Assembly (NCBI GenBank): GCA_963422305.1
Contig: OY729422.1
Coordinates: 4,185,289-4,249,288, forward strand
From: Bryobacterales bacterium
GTDB taxonomy: Bacteria; Acidobacteriota; Terriglobia; Bryobacterales; UBA6623
DNA: 64,000 nucleotides
Direction: 5' to 3'
In this document: positions 27,233 to 35,761 of the stretch, one piece after another
Layout: each line of letters starts with the position of its first letter
How positions within the stretch are numbered: position 1 is the first letter of the stretch
Made by a program: the position numbers and the translations under genes
Notes under the pieces: model-generated
What the model saw: the letters and a program-made list of their open reading frames with translations, nothing else
What the model was told of the DNA's origin: nothing
The model's database searches: none

Positions 27233-27686
27233 CTTGACGGCGGCATTGGCGATGCTCGCAGCCTCGGCCGTCCAGGCCGACGAAATGTACCTGAAGGTGC
27301 GCAAGATCGGCGACCACATCGAGTGTACGTGCGGATGCTCATCGACCATCTCGACCTGCAACATGGTCGGATGTCATATTCGAGTGCCGATCAACGAAGA
27401 GATCGAAGCCGGCATCGAAGCCGGTCAACCACAAGAAGAGATCTTGGCGGCCGTCTACGAAAAATACGGCGAGCAGATGCGCGTCGAGCCGCAGCGCGAA
27501 GGGTTCGGAATCGTGGGTTGGGCCATGCCTTTCGTTTCACTTCTGGCAGGTTTAGCGGTCATTCCGTTTGTCGTCCGCCGCTGGCGCCTGAACGCGCGGG
27601 CGCGTAGAGTATCGGAACCCGTATCCGATCGGGTCGTCGATCAGTACCGCGACGAGATTGAGCGGCAACTCGAGGAGATGGAATAA
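27213..27686 (+). CDS. ccmH: CcmH-like protein with atypical cysteine cluster
   Basis: TTG start gives the signal peptide MLRRTPSLTAALAMLAASAVQA. The CcmH-like layout is ..IECTCGCSSTISTCNMVGC..INEEIEAGIEAGQPQEEILAAVYEKYGEQMRVEP.. followed by a TM helix. The canonical LRCxxC is absent. Confidence 0.65.
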   Translation: MLRRTPSLTAALAMLAASAVQADEMYLKVRKIGDHIECTCGCSSTISTCNMVGCHIRVPINEEIEAGIEAGQPQEEILAAVYEKYGEQMRVEPQREGFGIVGWAMPFVSLLAGLAVIPFVVRRWRLNARARRVSEPVSDRVVDQYRDEIERQLEEME

Positions 27687-27732
27687 GTTTTACCCAGGGC
27701 CGGGATCTCTCGTTCCGCCCGAGCGCACCGGT

Positions 27733-28011
27733 ATGCTCATCGTCGCCGCCGTGGTTCTGATCGTCCTCGCGTTCGCGCTGCCTCTGGTCGTGCGCGCCGG
27801 CGACATCTTCGATGAAGAACCGGTCTCCCCGACCCAGCACCTGGACGACCGCAAAGCGGCTATTTACGCCAATCTGCGCGACTTGCTCGGCGAGTTCCAG
27901 ATGGGCAAGATGTCAGAGGCGGACTATCGGGAGAGCAAGGCCGAATTGCAGAAGGAACTGGCCGGCGTACTTGCGGAGACCGAGAAATTCATGGGTCGCA
28001 AGAATGTCTGA
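27733..28011 (+). CDS. Small membrane protein resembling the N-terminal (TM plus helical) module of CcmI
   Basis: MLIVAAVVLIVLAFALPLVV followed by ..RKAAIYANLRDLLGEFQMGKMSEADYRESKAELQKELAGVL. No TPR part is present. Confidence 0.45.
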   Translation: MLIVAAVVLIVLAFALPLVVRAGDIFDEEPVSPTQHLDDRKAAIYANLRDLLGEFQMGKMSEADYRESKAELQKELAGVLAETEKFMGRKNV

Positions 28012-29116
28012 GTCGGTGCCGTTCCCGGCGCGCCGCCACGCCGTCGGCAGGGTCCGTTTGCCGATTTTCTTCATACTACCGGCGATCTTCCTCTTATGCG
28101 CGGGCGCCTTGGGCGCCTCGGTCAAGGGGACGGTGCGCAACGCAACCACGGGCAAACCGGCCGCCGGCGTGACGCTTACCCTCTTGACGTTCCAAGGCGG
28201 AATGCGCCCTATCGACGAGGCTGTCGGCGGACTCGACGGAAGATTCGAATTCGCAAAAGAACTGCCCGAGGTCCCTTCGGGACAGCCATTGTTGGGCGCG
28301 GTCCGCGCCGAATTCGAAGCCGTCGGCTACACCGAGATTGTCAGCCGAGACGCCAACATCGAGGACCTTGACATCGTGGTTTACTCGGCCAGCGGGCAAA
28401 ACCTGCCCAAACCCGCCGGCCGCATCGTCATCCTCGAACCGGGAGAAAGCGAGATCGTGATCAACGAAAGCTACCAGTTTTTCAACGTATCGAATCCGCC
28501 GGTGACATACAGCAGCGAGCAAGGAACGCTGCGGTTTTTCCTGCCGCCTGAAGCCAAGGGCATCGCCCAGGTGTCCGGGACCGGTCCGGCCGGCATGCCT
28601 CTGACAAGTACGGGGCTGCCGTCGGGAGAAGAGAACATCTACAAGGTGGATTTTCCCTTGAAGCCCGGCGAGAACCGCGTGGACGTAACATATCTGCTGC
28701 CCCGCGCTGAAGGCATGCCCCTGGAGCTCCTTTCAATCTATCGAGGCGTGCCGACGCGCGTCGCCGTGCCGGAGGGAGCTGCGCTTGCGGGAGAAGGTCT
28801 GCGCTCCCTCGGGCAAGAGCCCGGTACGCGGGCAACCATTTACGAGGCGCCCGCCGCCGCAAAGGTAAGCCTTTCGGTGACCGGCACGGGCAGCTTGCGG
28901 AAAGCGGCGGGAGCGGCGGGAGCGGCGGCGGGCGGTTCCGGCGAGAGCGGAATTTCGATTCAGCCTGCGCCGGTCGCGAGCGAGCTTCCCTGGATTGTTG
29001 GGCTGACGGTCTTAATCTTTGGCATCGGGTTCGTTCACTTGCTGACATCCGCCGACGCTTCGGTGCGCTCGTCTAAGGCGGCGTTCTCTCCAAGAAAGAA
29101 GCGGCGGAAGACATGA
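28004..29116 (+). CDS. Membrane-anchored protein with carboxypeptidase-regulatory-like domain (unknown function)
   Basis: ATG overlaps the previous stop (ATGTCTGA). N-terminal TM segment, VKGTVRNATTGKPAAGVTLTLL, and a C-terminal TM segment (LPWIVGLTVLIFGIGFVHLL). Its stop overlaps the ccmA ATG. Confidence 0.6.
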   Translation: MSESVPFPARRHAVGRVRLPIFFILPAIFLLCAGALGASVKGTVRNATTGKPAAGVTLTLLTFQGGMRPIDEAVGGLDGRFEFAKELPEVPSGQPLLGAVRAEFEAVGYTEIVSRDANIEDLDIVVYSASGQNLPKPAGRIVILEPGESEIVINESYQFFNVSNPPVTYSSEQGTLRFFLPPEAKGIAQVSGTGPAGMPLTSTGLPSGEENIYKVDFPLKPGENRVDVTYLLPRAEGMPLELLSIYRGVPTRVAVPEGAALAGEGLRSLGQEPGTRATIYEAPAAAKVSLSVTGTGSLRKAAGAAGAAAGGSGESGISIQPAPVASELPWIVGLTVLIFGIGFVHLLTSADASVRSSKAAFSPRKKRRKT

Positions 29117-29811
29117 GCGAGCCCGCCATTCTGGCGCGTGGCGTTACAAAGTACTTCGGTGATTTTCCGGCATTGCGGCGCATCGATCTGGAAGTCAAGC
29201 CCGGATGTGTCCTGGCGCTTCTGGGCCGCAACGGCGCGGGGAAAACGACGTTCCTGCGAATGTTGGCCGGGTTGACATCTCCCACGGACGGCGAGATATC
29301 GCTCCCATCGGTCGGCGCGGACTTCGTTTCGGTCCGTCGTCATATTGGCGTCGTAGGCCATGGCCAATGGATTTACGACGATTTGTCGGCGGAAGAAAAC
29401 CTTCGCTTTTTTGCATCCCTGTACGAAGTAGACAACATCGAACGGAAGCTCGCGGAGTGGCTCGAGAAGGTCGGCTTGAAGCGGTTTCGTCATTCACGGG
29501 TGAGCGAATTTTCAAGAGGGATGCGGCAGCGCCTGGCAATAGCCCGGGCGTTCTTGCACGAGCCTTTGTTATTGCTGCTCGATGAACCGTGGACGGCGCT
29601 GGACGACCGCGCCATGCATCTGCTCTCGTCTCTGGTCGCTGAGGCGCGCAATACGGGCCGAACCGTGGTGATCTGCTCGCATCAGCTCCAAGAAGCCTTG
29701 GAACTCGCGGATGAGATCGCATTGCTCGACCGTGGCAGGATCGGTTTCAGAGGGCCGAACGACGACGACCTGCGCAACGCTCCCGACAGTCTGTACGAAA
29801 GGATCGCGTGA
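29113..29811 (+). CDS. ccmA: Heme exporter ATP-binding protein CcmA
   Basis: Walker A GRNGAGKTT, signature SRGMRQRLAIA, Walker B LLLLDEP. Immediately followed by ccmB. Confidence 0.85.
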   Translation: MSEPAILARGVTKYFGDFPALRRIDLEVKPGCVLALLGRNGAGKTTFLRMLAGLTSPTDGEISLPSVGADFVSVRRHIGVVGHGQWIYDDLSAEENLRFFASLYEVDNIERKLAEWLEKVGLKRFRHSRVSEFSRGMRQRLAIARAFLHEPLLLLLDEPWTALDDRAMHLLSSLVAEARNTGRTVVICSHQLQEALELADEIALLDRGRIGFRGPNDDDLRNAPDSLYERIA

Positions 29812-30494
29812 AACGATTCTTGAGGCAAGCGTGGACGATTGCGCACAAAGACCTGCGCAGCGAGATGCGCAACCGGGAGGTGCTGAACGCTGCCCTTTCT
29901 TTCTCGCTGGCGGTGCTGTTGATGTTCAGTTTCGCGTTCGATCCGAACAGCAATACGGAGACCCGAGACCTTGCCGGCGGCCTGCTATGGATGGTCTATC
30001 TTTTCGTGAGCGTACTCGTGCTCAACAGAAGCTTCGCCCGTGAAACGGCAAACGAATGCCTGGAATCGTTAGTCGCATCGCCGGTTTCCGGCGATGCTGT
30101 CTTTCTGGGAAAGACTTTCGCCAACTGGGTTCTGATCCTCGTGGTCGAATTGATCTCATTGCCGATTTTCGGAGTGTTCTTCGACATAAGCTGGGTTCCG
30201 AAATTCGGACCATTACTCGGCGTCTTTGCGCTCGGCACATGGGCATTCGCTTCGGTCGGCACGACTTTCGGCGCAGTCACGGCGAACAATCGGCTCCGTG
30301 AATTGATGCTGCCCCTGCTGTTGTTTCCGATCTGCCTGCCCGCACTCATTGCCTGCGTAAGCCTGACCTGGGGAATTTTCGACCCCGAAGCGGTGACGGA
30401 AATCTCCTCCTGGGTCCGGATGCTTATCGGATTCGACGTGATCTACAGCTTATTGGGGATCTTGCTGCTGGACTACGTTTTGACGGCAGGGTAG
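29808..30494 (+). CDS. ccmB: Heme exporter membrane protein CcmB
   Basis: GTGA overlap with ccmA. Six-TM protein with AHKDLRSEMRNRE...GLLWMVYLF..NRSFARE, typical of CcmB. Confidence 0.8.
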   Translation: MKRFLRQAWTIAHKDLRSEMRNREVLNAALSFSLAVLLMFSFAFDPNSNTETRDLAGGLLWMVYLFVSVLVLNRSFARETANECLESLVASPVSGDAVFLGKTFANWVLILVVELISLPIFGVFFDISWVPKFGPLLGVFALGTWAFASVGTTFGAVTANNRLRELMLPLLLFPICLPALIACVSLTWGIFDPEAVTEISSWVRMLIGFDVIYSLLGILLLDYVLTAG

Positions 30495-30571
30495 CTGCCT
30501 CCGGGCCGTGCAGGGCAGACATTCAGCGTTTGCTACGATGGCAAAAGAAGACGGAGAAAACCTTGGAAGCA

Positions 30572-31198
30572 ATGTCTGAAATGGATAAAAGGGCATCTGA
30601 GCCGGCCGGTGCTCCGGCAATGGAAACTCCTGCTGAAAAACCCGAGGAAGCCTTTTCGCGGAACGGCGCGGGCGGTGCGGACGAATCCGAAGAAAAAGCG
30701 AATCTCGAAGATGCCGCCGCCGTGCGGGAACCGTCCGAATTGGAACAGGCGAGAGCGGACCGCAACCGGGCTGTCGAGGAAAGAGAAGCCTTGCTCGATC
30801 GGCTGAAGCGTACGCAGGCAGAGTTCGAAAACATTCGCAAACGCCTGTATAAAGAGAAGGAAGAAGTCGTTCAGTACGCTGCATCCGACACGATCAACTC
30901 TCTATTGCCGATCATCGATGACTTCGAGAGGGCGATTGAGACGGAAGGCCTCGATCCGGAAATCAAGAAGGGATTGGAGTTGATCCACAAGCGAATGCTC
31001 GACGTGTTCTCACGCGCCGGACTCCGCGAAGTGGAGCAGCACGAGCGATTCGACCCCCATTTGCATTACGCGGTCGACCGCGCCGCGGTCGAAGACGAGC
31101 AAGAGGATCAGACAATTCTCGAGGTTTACCAGAAGGGCTATCGCTTCAAGGAGCGATTGCTGCGGGCTTCAATGGTCAAGGTAGCGGTCAAGGAATAG
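30572..31198 (+). CDS. grpE: Nucleotide exchange factor GrpE
   Basis: [28 protein letters not shown] and [16 protein letters not shown] are present. ATG 30572 is chosen. An in-frame TTG at 30530 is an alternative start. Confidence 0.9.
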   Translation: MSEMDKRASEPAGAPAMETPAEKPEEAFSRNGAGGADESEEKANLEDAAAVREPSELEQARADRNRAVEEREALLDRLKRTQAEFENIRKRLYKEKEEVVQYAASDTINSLLPIIDDFERAIETEGLDPEIKKGLELIHKRMLDVFSRAGLREVEQHERFDPHLHYAVDRAAVEDEQEDQTILEVYQKGYRFKERLLRASMVKVAVKE

Positions 31199-31223
31199 TT
31201 TCGATTTTCGAACGGCGGTAGGC

Positions 31224-32330
31224 ATGGTAGCGAAACGAGATTACTACGAGGTATTGGGCGTCGGCCGCGATTGCGGCGAACAAGAGTTGAAGGGCGCCTA
31301 CCGTAAGCTCGCCATGAAGCACCATCCGGACCGCAATCCGGGATCCAAGGACGCCGAGGAAAAGTTCAAAGAAGCTTCGGAGGCTTACAGCGTCCTGAGC
31401 GATGCCGATAAGCGCTCCCGCTACGATCGCTTCGGACACGAAGGAGTTTCCGGGAGCGGTGGGTTTCAGTCCGGCGATTTCACTGATTTGTCGGATGTAT
31501 TCGGCGATTTCTTTGGCGACATTTTCGGCGGCGGCGGGCAGTCGCGAAACCGGGCGCGGCGCGGTGCCGACCTGCAGTACGAGCTTGAAATCGATTTCGA
31601 GGACGCAGTTTTCGGATTCAGCACTGAAATTCAGTTTCCCCGCACGGAGGCCTGCGAACGCTGTGACGGGTCAGGAGCCGAACCGGGATCGCGCCGTTCG
31701 ACGTGCGGCTCCTGCGGCGGCCGTGGTCAAGTTTATTACCAGCAGGGGTTCTTTTCGGTCGGCCGGACATGTTCCGCCTGTCAAGGGGCGGGACAAGTCA
31801 TTCGAAATCCTTGCAAGAGCTGTAGCGGCGCCGGTTCAGAAAGAAACCAGCGCAAACTGAAGGTCAATATCCCGCCGGGCGTGGGCGACGGAACGCGCCT
31901 GCGGTTGAGCGGCGAGGGGGAGTCCGGCCCGAACGGCGGGACCAAAGGCGATTTGTACGTTCTGGTCCATGTGCGCGATCACGCCGTCTTTCACCGCGAA
32001 AAATACGATCTGCATTGTCAGGTCCCGATCAATGTCGCGCAAGCGGCACTGGGAGCGGAAATCCAGGTTCCGACACTGGAAGACGAAGAGTCGGTCAAGG
32101 TCCGGCCGGGCACGGAGTCGGGGGCGCGCTACAAGCTTCGGGGAAAGGGAGTGCCGCACGTCAACAGCGGACGGCGAGGCGACCTCTACGTTCACATTGC
32201 GGTCAGCATGCCGAAAAAGCTCACCCACGAGCAGCGCAAGCTGTTCAAGAAGCTGGGTGAATTGCTGCCGGCGGAGAACATGCCGTCCGACAAGGGTTTT
32301 TTCGATAAACTGCGCGATTACTTCGACTGA
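31224..32330 (+). CDS. dnaJ: Molecular chaperone DnaJ
   Basis: J domain (DYYEVLGV...HHPDRNPG), G/F region and four CxxCxGxG zinc motifs. Confidence 0.95.
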   Translation: MVAKRDYYEVLGVGRDCGEQELKGAYRKLAMKHHPDRNPGSKDAEEKFKEASEAYSVLSDADKRSRYDRFGHEGVSGSGGFQSGDFTDLSDVFGDFFGDIFGGGGQSRNRARRGADLQYELEIDFEDAVFGFSTEIQFPRTEACERCDGSGAEPGSRRSTCGSCGGRGQVYYQQGFFSVGRTCSACQGAGQVIRNPCKSCSGAGSERNQRKLKVNIPPGVGDGTRLRLSGEGESGPNGGTKGDLYVLVHVRDHAVFHREKYDLHCQVPINVAQAALGAEIQVPTLEDEESVKVRPGTESGARYKLRGKGVPHVNSGRRGDLYVHIAVSMPKKLTHEQRKLFKKLGELLPAENMPSDKGFFDKLRDYFD

Positions 32331-32468
32331 CTGTGCGAGTGCCACGGTCTTCGTCAACCGATCCCCGCTGCTTCGATTTCGCCGCGCAAACTTTTAGAGA
32401 TTCTCGGATTCGTATAGTATTATCGCCCCGAGTGCGAACTCATGATTTCCTGCTTGTTGCTTCCCCCA

Positions 32469-33539
32469 TCAGTCTTTCCAGAAGCTCACGTAAGCAACCG
32501 GTTTCGTCGCGATCTGCCTGGGTTCAATGGCTGTATAAGCCATCGTTTCGTCCGTGCGGTACGGCCACCAGTCGCCCGGTTCCGGGTGATGGGTCACGCT
32601 CGAGATGTTGTTCGTGAATTGAGCCAAACCGCCGATCCCCAACGCTTGCAGGTCGGGATCTTCCTCGTCAATGAGACGGGCGAAGGCAGGGAGAGCCGCT
32701 GGGGTCAGGGAATGAATGAGCGCAGATGCCGCCACTCTACGGAACTCCAGGTTCCGTCCTTTGTCGGTCGCGACCCTCGCGAGCATATTCACGGCCCGTG
32801 GATCGTGGTTAACGAAGTGGTAACTAAGGGCTTTGATGACGATTGCTTTGGTCTGAGGGACTGTCCCTTCCACCAAAACCGTTAGCCCTTCAAGGTCTCC
32901 CTAAGCGACCTTAGTGGAAAAGGCGAGGCTGCTCAGATTCTCGTTCGAGCTGCCGGCCAAGCGATCGACAGCCTGTCGAACCGACGGCCTCTCTCCCGCC
33001 AAACGCAACTCTTCGGCCCATAACACCTGCGGTGAGTCGGGCCGAACTGCGCCCGCATCAAGAGTATCCAGCAACAGAAGGAGCGCTTTCTCGGCAGGTT
33101 CGTCGCCCGTCGAAGCGGCGCCCCGATCGCTTTTCCGCGGAACCGGGTAGTATGCTGCCCGCAGGCTGCCAATCCGACCTTGTGCCGGCGGCACAAGGTC
33201 CCAGGCCGCCACCGAACTGCCCTTGAAGAAAAAAGCCTCGTGTCGGGGTCGACTACCGCTCCGCCCTACGGACCGGCCACGCTCGGCTTCGAGGAAGTCC
33301 AACTCACGGCAATGACTTGTCCGGGCTTGATCAGCCTTTGAACGTCTGCTCATTTCCAGCCAGTAACAAGGCGTTCGTTGGCATCGCAAAGCCGCTGGCG
33401 AGCCTGGCACGGCCACGGCGTCGGATCGTTGCGTCAACTGTGGGATCGAGGCAGGAGCGCCTCCCGCGACACGCCCACGCTTGAGCGAGTGGCCCCCGAG
33501 GGCGAGCGCTAGCACAACGGCGATGGCGAATCTTTGCAT
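32469..33539 (-). pseudogene. Secreted HEAT-repeat-like protein gene interrupted by one in-frame TAG (32901-32903)
   Basis: ORFs 32901..33539 (signal peptide MQRFAIAVVLALALGG) and 32469..32876 lie in the same frame, separated only by a TAG and 8 sense codons. HEAT-like helices occur on both sides (..ALLLLLDTLDAG.., ..PRAVNMLARVATDKGRNLEFRRVAASAL..). Confidence 0.45.
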
Positions 33540-33585
33540 GGGTATCTAACCTACTTGATGGGCAACGTCATATTCATCCTTTGCG

Positions 33586-34520
33586 CTATGGAATCGGCGT
33601 CCGGATCGAGAGGTGACGCCCCTCATCGCGGTAGCGCTGGTGGACATTCTTCTGAACCTTAATGCCGTTCCCGACACTAGTTTTGCCCACCCGGAAGATC
33701 TGGTCGGCATGGTGCATCTTTTCCTCATTCGGTCCTGGTTTGAGCAGCATGGGGGTGCAGCCGTTCTGAGGGCACTGGATTTCATTTCTTCGTACCACTG
33801 ACTGTAGGGCACAGTCCATGTGTCTGCCACAGGATGGTTCCAGCTAACAGCTTCCGAGTAATCGTCCGTAAACAAAGAAAAGGATTCATTCATGCTGTAA
33901 TTCGACATGGTGCCATCTTGCGAGCATAGATTTTCTATTTCATAGTTGACTCTCGACTTATAGCCGTTACCTCATGACGTCGCATAGTTCCATACTCCGC
34001 CGTCAAAATCTTTGGCCACTATGATTTTGTAGAGCTTATTGATAAATATCCAAAAAGAATCCGACTCAAGACCATCGTAGCGCGTTTTGATCACCACATC
34101 GTAGACCCTGCAAGAAGCGCTGTGACCGATGGCCTAAAACACGGGATTGGAACAATTTGTACAGCTGAGTTGACCGATCGAGGAACCGGCGACGATTACC
34201 CATTCGGGCGTTCCCGTGGCCCCTTTGGTCTCACCCGGCGTCAGTGAAGAATTGGCCGAATAGGACCCGTCGAACTCGATTGGGACGCCACAGTGCTCAC
34301 TCGGATAATATAGATGACGCGAGCACCCCGGACAATAGTCCGGACGCGCCGGTCGATTGATCGTTGTCTGTTCATTAAAAAAATAAATGAACGGAGTGTA
34401 GCCGAAGATCCGGCAGTACCAGCTATCGACCCAGTGCTCCGATTCAGCACTGTATGCGCCAGTTCCGGCACTCTGAATCGCGTTCGTAAAAGTGACATCG
34501 GCTCGTCTGCTCTGGGCCAT
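33586..34520 (-). pseudogene. Decayed gene of unknown family (two in-frame stops plus one frameshift) in a lower-G+C island
   Basis: ORFs 34134..34520 and 33546..33908 share one frame. The 75 codons between them contain TAG (34134-34136) and a TGA. After about codon 45 of the distal ORF the coding-like signal moves to the frame of ORF 33586..33819 (..IQCPQNGCTPMLLKPGPNEEKMHHADQIFRVGK..). Confidence 0.4.
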
Positions 34521-34566
34521 TGATGATGGAGCCGTTTCTTTTCTCAGAGAGCTTTACACGCAGCAG

Positions 34567-34770
34567 TTACCACAAGGCCCACCTGCCGGATATCATCGTG
34601 GCTGCGTAGGCGCGGGCCGTGTTGTTTCCCACGCGAATCATTTCAGTTGTGCGAACCATTCTGATTGCTCCTTCATCACAAACACCCTGCACCAAATCAA
34701 TAGGAGGAACGATTAGCGCCAGACACGCCAACACGATATAAACTACGTCCGGCTTTGCCATTTGGTTCAT
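34567..34770 (-). CDS. Hypothetical small protein with N-terminal hydrophobic segment
   Basis: Strong AAGGAGG Shine-Dalgarno 7-8 nt upstream of ATG 34770. No family recognised. Confidence 0.45.
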   Translation of the reverse strand: MNQMAKPDVVYIVLACLALIVPPIDLVQGVCDEGAIRMVRTTEMIRVGNNTARAYAATMISGRWALW

Positions 34771-34806
34771 CTTTACTGCCCTCCTTTTTTTGACTCGGTG
34801 GTTGTA

Positions 34807-35172
34807 TTACATTGTGGATAACATGCATGCACGTTGAGCCATTATGACAAAGATATATCTCTGTACTGCATCTAAATTTTCTGGAGTCAGTGATTCGGAT
34901 GCAGCTACAAAAGCCGCGTCAATGACGGACTGACGCACTGCGTTGTGCTTAGACATGAAGGCTCGAAGTTTCGATAAAAGGGGAGGGTCGGGCCGGCGAG
35001 CTTGGGCCGCTGGCGCGTTATCCAAGTCCAGTTGACGCAACCGGGTAAGCGCTGGACAGAGAGAAGTGGCGAGGGACTCAAACTCGGCCGTGGTCACTGA
35101 CAGTCGGACGGTCACGCCCTTGAGTAAGGAAGCGGATGCATCCGCGTTGGTCTTAGCCGGCGCTTCATACAC
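34807..35172 (-). CDS. Hypothetical protein
   Basis: 121-codon ORF in the lower-G+C island. No family recognised. Confidence 0.35.
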   Translation of the reverse strand: MYEAPAKTNADASASLLKGVTVRLSVTTAEFESLATSLCPALTRLRQLDLDNAPAAQARRPDPPLLSKLRAFMSKHNAVRQSVIDAAFVAASESLTPENLDAVQRYIFVIMAQRACMLSTM

Positions 35173-35276
35173 CTACCGCTCACGCCGTCGTGAGCCCGGC
35201 AGCAGCGTCTTGCTGTGCAACACGATCTTCGATCCTCGTAAGTGGTCTGAAGCGCATTAGACATCTCTTCGATCCT

Positions 35277-35594
35277 TCAGCGCTCCTGAGAGAGCGATTC
35301 TGGCTCGCTTACATTGGCGCGGTTCGAAAATGGCGCTTCAGGCGCCGTGTTGTGCTCTCTACCCGGCTGTAGAAACCACGCTCGGCTCGGTTCTCCGCAC
35401 CAAGTAGTGGCTCGCCCCGCCGCAAATCTTGCCCTCAAGCTGATGGCGCGGCGCGAGACGCCGGTGGCGCGAGACACCAGCGACACGCCGCCATAGCCAA
35501 CCGCCTCGTTTTCGGCGGCAGCTACCAAACAGCGCATGCGCTCATCTGGAAAAGGCGCCGGTGAATGAAATCGCTCTAAATGCCCCATCTTCAA
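35277..35594 (-). mobile_element. N-terminal fragment of an ISAzo13-family transposase gene
   Basis: ..DERMRCLVAAAENEAVGYGGVSLVSRATGVSRRAI.. matches the conserved ..ER.RRLWAA.EA.AIGYGGVSLVARATGISR.TI.. N-terminus of ISAzo13 transposases. The ORF is 105 codons, whereas intact enzymes are several hundred aa. Confidence 0.6.
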
Positions 35595-35761
35595 CCACTG
35601 TAGATAGTATGTATTAGGACAAAACCGGCTAAGTTGTTAACTCTAAAATTTTCTGTTTCGGCAGACGCCGAGGAATCGCGCCAAAACTGAAACTTTTCAG
35701 TAGGCAGCGCATGCTTACGGTATTGTTCTGATCTTCTTTGGATGTAACCTAAGGGCAACTC

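Noticed and set aside
27812-28003. N-terminal extension of ORF 27812..29116
   Set aside because: It overlaps the small CcmI-like gene. The membrane protein's plausible start is ATG 28004.
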